Positions 23,101 through 36,400 of a stretch of DNA of 64,000 bases are shown here, piece after piece; positions within the stretch are counted from its first letter, which is position 1, and every line of letters begins with the position of its first letter. Under the pieces are notes generated by a model. It made no database searches, was not told the origin of the DNA, and saw only the letters and a list, made by a program, of their open reading frames with translations. The position numbers were made by a program, and so were the translations under genes. The stretch is taken from positions 48,424,001 to 48,488,000 of the forward strand of contig NC_086108.1 in NCBI RefSeq assembly GCF_963921235.1. The letters are read 5' to 3'. The stretch comes from Mobula hypostoma (lineage: Eukaryota).

Positions 23101-26100
23101 ACTGCTGCCTAGGATTTATTTTATTGAACAAGGGTAATATCGTGTGTCTCATGGGTTGAATTTATTATGTGTGTGTATTTGATTTAGTGGGTATGGCAGA
23201 TCGATATGTGAACAGGGCAGCACAGTACGGACCCTTTGGCCCGTGATGTTGTGCCAGACATCAGTCTAACCATTCCCGCCGACACAGTCCGTAACTTTCC
23301 ATTTGTCTTTCATCCATGTGCCTAACCAAGACTCTCAAATGTCCCTAATATATCAGCTTCTACTACCATTCCTGGCAGTGCCTTCAAGGCACCCACAACT
23401 CTTTGTGTAAAGAAAACCCTACCTCTATGATATCTCCCCAAAACTTTCTTCCACTCACCTTAAAAGTATGTCCTCTGGTATTAGCCATGGCCATCCTGAG
23501 GAAGAGGCACTGGCTGTCCACTCTATTTATGAGCATGCGTATAAAGAACATGTTTGCAATGTTGAATGAGACAAGCAGGGATAAACTCCCGCACAGACTA
23601 CACATTCACCGTAACATACATCAAAGTTGCTGGTGAACGCAGCAGGCCAAGCAGCATGCTGCTTGGCCTGCTGCGTTCACCAGCAACTTTGATGTATGTT
23701 GCTTGAATTTCCAGCATCTGCAGAATTCCTGTTGTTTACACATTCACCGTAGTTATTGCATGAGCAGAGTCAAAACGATTCATTACTTTCCATTGTTTTC
23801 TTTGCCGAACGCAGTCCCTCCAAGGATGGATGGCGCTGGTAGCATCAAAGACCTCACGATAGTGAAGGGGAATCCAGCAGCCCTAACATGCATCACTGAT
23901 GGAATACCAATGCCAACATTAGCCTGGCTGAAAGAAACACAACCTCTTAAGCTGAGTCCTCACATGACAGTTGGAAACCAGGGAATGTCACTGCAGATTT
24001 CTGCAGCGGAGGTGGAAGACAGTGGAACATACACCTGTGTGGCTGTCAGTGAAGCTGGGGAGGTCAGCAAACACTTCAGCTTGAAAGTGCTTGGTAAGTC
24101 AGACATAACACACCACCACGAATGAAGGAAAGCTCTGGCAAATAAGTCTGGGCACTGGCCATGGGCAATTGATGGAGGCAGCCATCTCCTAGGCAGAGAG
24201 ACATCAGAAGTTTGTTCTACGGAAAAATCCCCATGGTCAGAGTTCACAGATATATCATTGATAGTTGCCATTGCATCATCTGCTGCTGCAGAAATGGCAA
24301 GTGGTAAATTTTGACACTAAAGCCAGTCACAGTGGTAAGACAATGCATGAAGATTAACTGGCCTACAGAGTGAAAAGTTAAAAACATATGACTAGTTTTA
24401 TTATCGGTTTTGATTTTTTAACTTATTTGTTTAAGAAACTTAGTTTCCATGCATTGGATCACTTGCTTCACTCTTTTACAGAATTTCAAGAAAACTCGTT
24501 TAAGTTTTATTTTATGGCATATTGCAGATCCACCTCATATTAATGGCTCTGATTTTGCGGAGGAAACCTCTGTGGTGGTGAACAATCCCTTAGAACTTCA
24601 GTGTGTTGCCACGGGCATCCCAGCTCCCAAATTGACCTGGATTAAGGATGGACGACCACTGCCTCAGACAGACACCATTCACGTTCTCCGTGGTGGCGAA
24701 GTGTTGAGAATAGAGAACGCTCAGGTGTGGTGCAAGCTCCTATGCAAATTGGCTCTTTCTCTGTAATAGTTGCAAACAGTGTGGAGACATGTGATGATTG
24801 CATATTTCATTGCAGGCTTTGCTTTAACACTAGAGCTTGCAGAAGGAATGCATTAATAGACCTGCTTTAAATAATCTTTATCACTGTAATTAAATAAGTT
24901 ATCGTCAAATGTTTTAGTGTTCACAGAGAGATACTAATACTATTTGCGCCATTGAGGAAATAAAACTTACAAATCCCGATAGTTTTTAAAATCCGGCATA
25001 TTAGATACTTCTGGAAATATTTCTGAAGGTCCAAAAAGGAGGTGCAATTATACACTGGTTTTCTCAGACACGATGTGTATTTTGGAAAGTCTTCCCAAAC
25101 AATGAGCTGCTCCATCAGCAGGAGGAGTATTCCCGCTTCTCAAACCACAGCCTACTGTCACATTGCCCTAGATGTCAGGCACAGTCCTCCTTCCACCCAT
25201 CTACTGTCAAATGGACCCCTTATCTCTTCCAGCGCACAGCACCGCTCCCCTAACCCCTGCCACACGATGTTAGGAAGCAGACTGTCTTCAGTAGCAGGAG
25301 TGGGTTTCACTTGGGGGAAGTGCCTAGTTAGGCGCAATATTTCAAGGTAGGGCTTTCCCCTGCTGGTGATCCCCATCTGAGAAGCACTGGGTGTGCCTGA
25401 GAAAAGGAAAATTTAATAGAACCCTTGAGGGCAAGACTGGAGAAAATTTGACGGAGGGCTAGAGACCAACAAAGGGAGGGGTCTGAGACCAAGTGATCAC
25501 TGGTATCTCTCTCCTCCTCCACTTTGTCTCTCCCGTCCTCTCTCCACTCCTCTCCCCCTCTCTCCCTCCTTTCTCTCTCTCCCTCCTTTCTCTCTCTCCC
25601 TCCTTTCTCTCTCTCCCTCCTTTCTCTCTCTCCCTCCTTTCTCTCTCTCCCTCTTTTCTCTCTTTCCCTCTCTCTCTCTCTCTTCTACATCTCTCCACAC
25701 CCCCTCTCTCTCGATCCAAACATTAAATATTCCTTTACCCACTCTATTTCTCCATTTCACCCCACCCCTCATCAATTATTCTCTCTGATCTGAGCCAGAC
25801 CTGCCCATGAAGATCCTTCCTCTTGTAATTCCCGTGCCTATATTCACTCCCACTGTTTCATTAGTAAGGAGCCTGGTGGGATAAAAAGCCATGTCCTGCT
25901 CCTACTCTCTGCTGTCTATGATTCTAAGGATAGGCCATGCCTTGTAGTGTGTAGTTCTCAGCCACATGGATATTGAACAGTTTATGGCAGGATGCAGGAT
26001 TTTTAAAGAATTGTTTTCTAAAACTGAAGTCCTCAAAAATGTAATGGTTTATACATTGGGTTTTATAACCTATGTGGTAGAATTGCTAATGTACCTCTGT

Positions 26101-27376
26101 GTCAATTTTTATTCAGGCACACAGAGGTTTCCTCATTATGTCTACAAGGTTCTCCAATAAAACTGGAAAGTAATGAAGTTTTATAAATCTGATAGTGACT
26201 GTTTCACAGAAGTGATGTGAGAATAAAGCTTATCACATCAATACTTTAGTCCGGCATTTCACTCCCCGTTATTGTTGCTATGATACAATAAACATAGAGC
26301 ATTACAGCATAGTACAGGCCCTTGAGCCCACAATGTTGTGTCGACCTTTTAACCTACTCGAAGATCTATCTCACTCTTCCCTCCTACATAGCTCACCATT
26401 TTTCTATCATCCATGTGCCAATGTAAAGGCCCTAACAATATTAAATAAATGTAGATTATTTTAAGGCTTTTGTGTTTTTTTTCCCCTATGGCAGGTGCAA
26501 GATACAGGCAGATACACTTGCCTGGCATCCAGTATAGCAGGAGATGATGACAGAGAATATTTGGTGAGGGTGCATGGTAAGTTAACAGAATACATGGACA
26601 TGCCGTAGAGATGGGCTGTTGACATTAGAATCTCTGATTAACTCATACAGCTTATTGTCTGTCCTTGTGGCATAAACTTTTGACTGAATTTCACTGTACA
26701 TCTGACCAGATCAATTTCCATCATGACAATGCAACTCAGAGACATTGACCCTTCATGGGTTTACCAAACACAGGAAACCTCATGCCAAATGGATATAACT
26801 GTGTCATTTTGATTAGCCATACATGATATTGGACTTAATTCACCACACCGGCAGAAAGAATTTAAGTAAAGAATGCGCGGTCGCTTGAACATTTAAGTCA
26901 GGATTTTCAACTTTGGCTTCCAGGTGTGGCAAGAAAGTTGGGACAGGGAGGGGAAAGGGAGGCATTTATATCAAATACAAAAGAGTGTTGCAGGTACTAG
27001 GGTACGTAGTGGATACAGAAGAGAGGAAACTGTGTGGACTAGGTTAAGGCTGGGGCACTGTACATTAAACAAAACATTGAAGATGATAGGGAAACACCAG
27101 ACAGGATTGTGTGAGGAATGTCAGGAAGAGGAGTCAGTAGAACATGTAGTTCTGAGTTGCAGGAAGTATGGGATACAGACAGAGATGATGAGAATTAATC
27201 TAAGGGATTTGGGGGTGCAGGAATTCACATTAAAAGGGTTGCTGGGCATAGGTGAGAGAGCACAGGTCAGGGTATTTTTAGCTTTCTTAAGGGGTACAGG
27301 GATTTTTATAGAATATGATGGATAAGCGGGAATAGGGTACTAGGGTGGCCAAAGATGGGAGGATAACATGTAGGTT

Positions 27377-27413
<37 letters not shown>

Positions 27414-30400
27414 TTGGGTGAAGGGATTTAGAATGTAAGTCTATTGCACACTCCGGAGCAGAAGGTAGCGGTAAGGCACCATTAAGCTGGGTGCCAACCG
27501 CCATAAAACAAGACGGAGAAGAAGAAGCAGAACTTTGGCTTCCAGAGGCTGGAGTAGATTGAGTCAGATTGCTGACATGGAAGTTCACTGTTTGCTAGTA
27601 CAGGTGGACTTGTCCCTCATCTGATTCATGCTTTTGAATCCTGCTAGATGTTGATCAGTGACTTTCACCAGCATTGAAATGTAAAGAAGTATCAAATATA
27701 TGGCTATACAATGTGATTCAGTGCTGGAGTTATACAGCATAGAGACAGGCCCTTTGCCAACCAAGCTGCCTACCTGAGCTACTCCTATCTGTCCATACTT
27801 GACCTAAATCTCTCTAAAACTTTTCTACCCATGCACCTGTCTAAATATCTGTTAAAATTTGTAATTCTACCCTTGTTTACTGCCTCCTTTGAGGATTTGT
27901 ATAATCTTTTTAAGTTCGTTCTAGTTCTTATTTAGAACACTACAGCACAGAAACAGGCCCTCTGGCTGACCTAGTCCTGATTCTACATCTGATAAATGCA
28001 TTGTAGACCAGCAGATGTGTGCTAGATGTATTTTGCATAGTTTGAGATTCTTGATATGACTACTTGTTACAATGCCCTCAAATGAGGAAAAAGAATTTCC
28101 AGCCAAAAATAACATTTGTCATTTGCTAATTTGAATATTGATACCCTTCTGTACATCTTTTGTGACACTGATTTTTTTTTTACAATATTCTAAAGGAAAA
28201 CTGTACAGATAAATTGAATTTGTTGGCAGATTCTGGGGAACTCTACGATTTGAGAACACTGCTATTGAGAGTTGTTCCAACATTTGAATAAATTGAAGAT
28301 CTTACAGGAGGTATATACCATCCTGTGTTTGGCCATGCTCTGAGCTGAACTTCTCTTCCTTCAGTGTCACCTGCAAGCTTAGGTTTCTGTGGAATACAAG
28401 CTGGGAAAGTCAATTGTGAAATCATTATTCTGATAGCATCCTACTTTATGTAATACCCCTAATATTTTACAAAAACTGAAGCAAATTGTATTTCTATGAG
28501 TACATGGGAATCTACTTAGACATTGTTGTTTGGTTTTATTTTTGTTGCTGTTGTACTTCTGATGCAGTTCCACCAAATATTGCTGGTCAAAGTGGACCAC
28601 AGGACTTGGCTGTGTTCAAGAATGGGCAGATAACCCTGGAGTGTAAATCTGATGCTGTACCACCTCCAACACTGTCTTGGCTAAAGGATGGCAAATCATT
28701 AAAGGTAGGAGCCAAATTCTGCAGCTGGATTTTGGGAGTCTTGAGAATAGACGAAATATAAACAGCAGTAGGCTATTGGGCTCTCCTGGCTCTCCTCACT
28801 ATGTTCAAGACTGAGATTGAAATAGTTTTATATACTCAAAGAATCAAGAGATCTAAGATCTTCAGTCTTGACCATCCTGAGTGGTCAAGCACTATCATCT
28901 CATATGTTAAGAATTCTATAGTTTCACTGTTTTCTGCATGGAGAAATCTCCACCCTGAATGGCTGGTCACTTATTCTGAGACTTGAATTCCTGGTTCTGT
29001 ATAGGAGACCCAGTCAGGTTAACCCTACCATGCTTCAGAATGATTTTGTCTGTTTCAATGACACCACCTTCTATTCTTCTAAACTCATGAAAATATAAGC
29101 CCAGTTGGTTCATTCCTACCCTGCGGTTCAGTTCTCCATTCCAACAATTAATCTAAAGAACCTTCAGGCAAATTTTGTTGTTGTTGAAATTAATATTTGC
29201 TATATTCCACAACGCCAGAACACACCCTAACATCCCTTCCTCTTGGCCACCCTGAACAGAAATAAATTTGTTCCAGGACACACCAGATTTTAAGGAGGAT
29301 CTAACAAGTAGGGCAGCAAAAATGCCCCCTTTTCAATTATCTGTCATATCCCCATGTGCATTTACATCTACGCTCTCATCCCTAATGCTACCTACAAGAC
29401 TCTAAGCAGAGATTGTTCCAGAAGTTTTACCAACAATCTTTAAAATGCAGCTTTATCATTTGTATGTCTGTTGCCTCCTTCCCTGCTGGCCGATTGCAGA
29501 TTAATCATGTTCTTATCTTCGCCTCTTCACTGCTAAAACTCAGCAGTGGCTGTCAGTGGTTACTCTCTGGTCAGGGGCACCAACAAGTTAACTATTTTCA
29601 AGCTCACAGGCAACAATTCATAGTCCATGCTGTGATCAAAATGTGACTGAATCTGGCAACTGGTCTCTCAGACCCTTTCATTGATGTATAGGAGGGTTGG
29701 GGTGATCTCTGTTTGAATGGCTGCAAGCACCTCACCCCTGACTGTCCACTCAATGGCTGGCCCAATCACTCACACAAAGCTCATTTGTGTTCACTCACCA
29801 TTCAGGCTGAGGTGTCTGCCTTCAGGCACTGTGTGTAATTTCTTCTCTTTCTCAGGTCTGCCACACCGTCGAAGTTGTGGAACCTGAAGTCTCTGCTGTA
29901 ACTCGGATTCCATCCCATCAATTTTCCCCAATATCTTTCTAATCTGATCTCTACAACTAATCATCTAGCCAGCCTTCATTACAGAGTTCAGTTTTTGTTA
30001 CACTGTAACTGCGCTGCTCACAGCTTGCTGTCACACTCTCTGTGTCCTCTACATCTGTGTTTGTTGTGGGTCTGCTTCTGTCAGCTGTGGTCAGATCTGA
30101 CACAGCTGGCTGGTGTTAGTCACTTGGGTTCCCTGCAATGACACTGTTAATGGGAACACTTATTTTTTTGCTCTGTTTGAGAGGCGACAAGAAGATGAGT
30201 CATATGATTTAACCTGAGTCCAGTGTTTCCCCGGGCTAGCTTGTCAGGTCTGCACACAAACGTGGTGTCATTTGTCAGAAGTACCACTTGTGGTCCTATC
30301 CATCTGGGAGAAAACCCTGCCTTTTCAGGCAGCTCTCTCACCATGACTTGGCCACCTGGCTGTGGGAGGACTATCCTCCCCCCCACCCCCCCAGCTTGCC

Positions 30401-33400
30401 CTGATCAGCAATATGTTATTGCTGTTTTCTCTGTCCCTCAATGCATTAAACTGATTACTATGGTCCTTCACATCTCCATATGGTCTTACTAATGTGGCTC
30501 CAGTAATTTCTTCCTCTTCAATTTCTGTCATTCATGTTCTTCTGTTGCTATCTTTGTCCATTGATCTGCACATTCACTCCCTTTCTGTATCTTACTCTCC
30601 CCTTTCTGGTGTGTCTTTACTTCAATTGCTGCTACCTCTGCAGGCAGCTGCACAACTTCCAACAGCTCTTCACTGTGTTTGGCCCCAACTCTTGGGAGCT
30701 CCTGACATGATTCACAATCATTGTTCCACCTCCTACCCCTGCTTGGGGCTGCTGTCTCTCTGTGAGTTGTGTTGACTGGTCTGTGGATCATAGACGTTCG
30801 CTGTTCCTGTCTTTTCCACTGTATTTCTCCCTTTCCCAAATCTAAGATAGCATCGATACTGATGACCCTGTGTCCACTACATATCACATTGCCACCCCCC
30901 CCCAATAAACCTCTTGTGTACATCGATGGATGACCACCACTGGCAATCAAAGCTGCCACTAGCCGTTTATCTGACCTGGATGCTGACTTCACCAGCTCTA
31001 TAATCTAGTCAGCAGTCAAATCGAAAAGAGGCCACTGCTGTTGGTTCTGCCTGCATTAGTGAGTGATTTTCACACCTTCTGCCCTTTCCAGGCCACTGCT
31101 TCCAGTTGTGACCTGAGAGACCACAGCTATAACAAATTATCTTCTTTACCTTTCCACGTCTATTCCTGCAGTTCCTTGCTAGGTGCCCAATTGCTAGCAC
31201 ACCAAGCAAGTCCCCTGACATCACAGCAGCTGCATCCATCGGACCCGCCTTATCACTTCTCTTCTCCCTCTGATGTATCTTCCCAGCCTGTAAGACCATA
31301 AGGTATAGGGGAAGAATTAGGCCATTTGGCCCATCGAGTCTGCTCTGCCGTTTCATCCTGGCTGATCCAGTTTTCCTCTCAGCACCAATCTCCTGCCTTC
31401 TCCCTGTATCCCTTCACACCCTGACCGACAAAGGATCTATCAACCTCCATCTTAAATATACATAACGACTTGGCCTCCACAGCTACCTGTGGCAAAGAAT
31501 TCCACAGATTCAGCACGCTCTGGCTAAACAAATTCCTCCTCATCTCCGTTCTAAAAGGACACCCCTCTGTTCCGAAGCTGTGTCCTCTGATCTTAGGTTC
31601 TCCCACCATAGGAAAAATCCTCTCCACCTCCACTCTATCAAGGCCTTTACCATTTGAAAGGTTTCAATGAGGTTACCCCTCGTTCTTCTGAATGCTAGTG
31701 AATGCAGGCCCAGAGACATCAAACACTCTTCATATGACAAGCCATTCAATTCTTTTGCTGGGTAGGTCGATCCCACCACTGTCGCCAAATGTAAAACTTC
31801 CTGGTGGGCTGAGCTCAGGCCTTCCTTCAACATTTTCAGGAAAACTTGTTCAACCCTCCCTGGATTATCCAACCATGAATAGTCCTCATACACTTGACAC
31901 TTACATTCTGCAAAATCTATGGCAGGCTTATCAGTTCTCTGATCCACTGACATTATTGTTCCCCAGTTACTCTTACCTCCTCCCAGTCCCTACCTCACAT
32001 TCCCCTAAAACAAGTGATATCTCTCTTCATTGCTGGAGTTCCCAGCAGTTGCCCATGTACCATCCTACACTCCCTGGCCCATACTGTACCACATATTCCT
32101 TGGGCATTTCACTTTTACCAACACATGTAAACCTTTGGGGTGCATCTGATGAATTTCAATCATTTCCTCGAGCTTGCACCAGAACTCTTGTTTTCCCGCA
32201 GATGACTTTAAGTGAGGGCAGCTCTAAAAAGGTTTGCTTCTCCCTGGGGGATATAGGGCTTATCAGGGTCAAGACTGCTGAGATCACTGACCACACAATG
32301 GGTCATGAATTGGGTATAACCTCTCCCTCAAATATCTTTACACTAATTCCCACACTACAAAAAATATAAATGATGGATAATAATTAAACAGTACATACTT
32401 AAAACCGCAGAATATCTACTCTGCAATCTGCCACCTGCCACTTGTGTGTATCTGAGCACATAATGCCTGTTGTATTCCTTTGCATTTAAAACTCTTACAC
32501 CAAGGTTACAGACTTATTGTGAAAAAACACACAAACACACTCACAAACGAGTCTGCTACTATAGTTCCCCAAACCCCACTGGTGTCCCATATATTATATC
32601 TACCAGTTCAGCTCTCTGCCGTATCCATGATACTTTGTGATCTCATAGCCATTGACCTGAACAGATCTAATCATGGTTGCTAATCTTAAAAATACTCACC
32701 CATGTAGACTGCTGAGATTGCTGGCCACACAATGCAGAACAAGCATATCCCAGATGAGCCCCCAAATGCTGTGACTGTCAATGAAAGCCACCAGAGAGAC
32801 ATGCAGCTTGTAAGATAAAAGTCTTTCTTCAGCACACACAAGCTGACAGCATTTGGAGTGACTCTGGAGAGAGGATCCCTGACCCAATATTAATCACAAT
32901 TTTGTATGCTAAGGATCAAAGGTAACAGCAGGATAATTTATCTAGTTACAATGCATTCATAATGCTTTCTTTGAATTACATAAAATTTTCAAACACCTAG
33001 CTCTTCACACCAACACTCCAGATACCCAAAGTCAATGTTAATCACTGCTGACTCTGAGCTGCATTCATACATATGCAGACATCTCAGGTCAATGAGCTAC
33101 TTCCTGGTTTGCATTCAACCCCAGTCTGCAGCTCCAGGAAGACCATTGTTCTGAGCAGTATTTTAAATTCAATTTTGGGTGCTACTGATCACTTCAAGAT
33201 TTTGTGCTGTTTTTTGTTCCCTAAGGCTACATCCACACTAGACCGGATAATTTTGAAAAACAATAGGCGTCCACACCAGGCATTTTTTTAAAATACCTCC
33301 GTCTACATTAGAACGAATATTTTGGGCAAATCTCCCCCTAATGGGCATGCGCAGGATACACAGAAAACAAGTGAAGAGGAAACAGTATACTTGGTGCACG

Positions 33401-36400
33401 TTTGTGCAGTTACAGACTAGAAAAACTTAAAAGGAAATTGCCACACAAAAGACTTGGTGCGTGTTTGTCCAGTTACAGACTAGAAAAACTTAAAAGGAAA
33501 TTGCCAAACGAAAGACTTGGTGAACATTTAGTCATAGTCAAAGTCATAGTCATACTTTATTGATCCCGAGGGAAATTGGGTTTCGCTACAGTTGCACCAA
33601 CCAAAAATAGAGTATAAATATAGCAATATAAAACCATAAATAATTAAATAATAATATGTAAATTATGCCAGGAAATAAGTCCAGGACCAGCCTATTGGCT
33701 CAGGGTGTCTGACCCTCCAAGGGAGGAGTTGTAAAGTTTGATGGCCACAGGCAGGAATGACTTCCTATGATGCTCAGTGTTGCATCTCGGTGGAATGAGT
33801 TTGTTCAGAAACATTTCCTACAACCATAGTCTCTTCACCAATGAAAGGGATGACAGCTACAACTAAATGCAATAAGGCTTGTTACTGGGCAAAAGTGAAA
33901 TATGCTGTTATCTCATTTGTTTGCCTTTACTTTTGCCATGTCTCTGTATTATTTTGCTGTATTTAACATGTGCAATAAAACAAGTTACTGGGCAAAAGTG
34001 ACAATTGCATCTATTGAATGTTTGCACAAGCAATACATTAATAAAGCACCTTGTTAAATGTATAAAACATGTCTGCATCAGTGTTATCTTGTATTTCCAT
34101 ACAATGTTACATTAGACGGTTACACATCTATTGTCAGATATTGTCGTTGTGGTGTTGGAGGTTGCGTTCAAGAAAACAATGAAATGTCGCGCTGCCGTCA
34201 CCATCTGTTCCGGCACGTCATGACAGCGGTTTTAAAAATAGCTGGTTACCCCGTACACACTACACCAGATATTAGGCATTTTCAGATTTATTCACTCTAG
34301 AGAGCATTTCTGAAAAACTCTGTTTTTGGGGGAGGAAAACGCCGTTTCAGTGAGGATGGAGGGTCAGAACGAAGAGAAAAAGCTTCGGTTACAGATTTTT
34401 CCGGTCTAATGTGGATGTAGCCTAACGTGCGTCTTGCCATAGCAGCTGCAAAGCTAACGCTTCATTACTTCAATCTGCAGGCCACCCCTCGTATTCGTAT
34501 CCTGTCTAGTGGGAGGTACCTTCAGATTAATAATGCGGAGCTTGGCGATGCAGCTGGATACATCTGCGTCGCGAGCAACGTTGCAGGGAAAATGACAAGA
34601 GAGTTCACTGTAGCAGTGAACGGTGAGTATATGCATTCAAATCTTTCCCAGCTTCCTACAATACAGCAATTATCAGCACAATTTGTAATCATGGAAGAGG
34701 TAGATAGAATTATGAAATTCGACTGCGATTGTAAAAGATTCATTGGAAAGACAATAAGAGTACTGGCTTGAGATTTAGCTTAACAAGAAATTGAACCTAT
34801 TGCATCATCAGAATCCAAAAGTCATTTCTTAAGGTTGGCAGTGCTAAAGCAATATTTTGAGAAATTCCAAATGGTCTGCACCAAGTTTTATGTATGTTCT
34901 TTCTCATGATGCCGAGAGAACGCCTACCATAACTGCAAAGCTGACACCCATTTGGCATAATTTTCTGAATGGTAAAATCAAATAATTTATGTGTATAAAG
35001 AGTTAAAATGAATTTTAAAGGTGCAGGAACTCTGTTTTATACAAAACGTATGATAAATAAAAGGCACTTTAAAAAAAAGGATTTTAATTGTTTACAAATG
35101 TGCCTTTAAACATGCTGAACTGGTGCTGATACTCTGTTGCTTTTAACATGCAGTTGCTCCGACCATCGAAGGTCCGCAGATGGTGACTGCCCACGTGAAC
35201 CAACCAGTACTGCTCAAATGTGTTGTGAATGGGTTACCAGTTCCCCAAGTTACCTGGAGAAAGGACGGTGCCATTCTTTCAGCAAGCAACCTGAGGTCGG
35301 GAACCATTGCTTATGTAGCATTTGTTCTTTTTTATGTGATGGGGATGGTTTCCAGGGAAATGCTGAGCAAATATTTTTTATAGTTTCAGACACTTTTTTT
35401 GCTTCCTTGTATAGCTCTGTTAAATAATAAGGCACTTCAGGAATCATTTGCAGCTTTTCCCTGTCAGTCAGTCCTTGGTAGGCATGCTTTTATACCTTGT
35501 GGCCTCTGCTCCCGGCCTATCTGGAAGGCACTGGTCAAACAGAGTGCAGTTCTGTTTCCTGTCTCACTCTAAAGAAAGGATTATTAAGAGCCAAACTAAT
35601 CCAAACCACAAAGAGACTGAATTATTAATCCTGTGAGGATTACAGTCAATAACACCAGAACATAAGGAATAGGAGCAGGAGTAAGCCATCTGGCCCGTCA
35701 AGCCTGTTCTGCCATTGAATAAGATCGTGGCTGATCTGGCAAATGGACTCATCTTCACCTACCTGCCTTTTCCCCATAACCCTTAATTCACCTACTATGC
35801 AAAAATCTATCCCACCTTTTCTTTTAACATCAGACAAATGCTTGATACACATGCCATTCCCTTCCCCAGTATGTAAACAGAAGCTTTAGGCTTCCCTTAA
35901 TGTATCAGCCTCTCCCAGGACCCCTGACAGTGTGTCCCAGGCACTTCCCACTCTCTTTGTATCACAGCAGTCTATTTAGTGTGACCACAATCCTTATTCC
36001 TTGTAGCTACTTTGTATGATCTATTGGATTGCAAAGTTACTGGAGAAAGAAGTGTCAATTGCATTGGTGTGGGTGTGGAATTGTTCCTAGTTTCCACTGC
36101 CCACAACAATGTTGGTTAGACCCAGAGAGAGTATGTATTAACTAACAGTTACCTTTACTGATTTAGTTAGGAGCTAAATTCAGTTTTGTTAAAAGCAAGA
36201 ATGCACTTCATACAATGTTAAATGTCTGTGTGCATGCCCACTAGGTTTCTCTAACACTCCTTGAGAATAAAAAGGCTAATGTCCAGGAAGTGAAGTTCAC
36301 GTTACCCAGACATCCCTCAGTCCCTGCAACTTCGACATACAAAATGCTTTATTCTTATCCCCTTTTCTTATCAGTTTGATTTTGATTTCATTGTTTCTGA

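Noticed and set aside
25352..25362. GCTTTCCCCTG resembling the U1 snRNA 3' end
   Set aside because: Only 11 nt match; no other U1 features.
31692..32369. 225-aa + strand ORF
   Set aside because: Antisense to ERV gag-like and CR1 sequence; no recognisable domain or splice context.
33387..33527. Repeats resembling a CRISPR array
   Set aside because: Head-to-tail tandem duplication with no unique spacers, inside a eukaryotic transposon; no cas genes.
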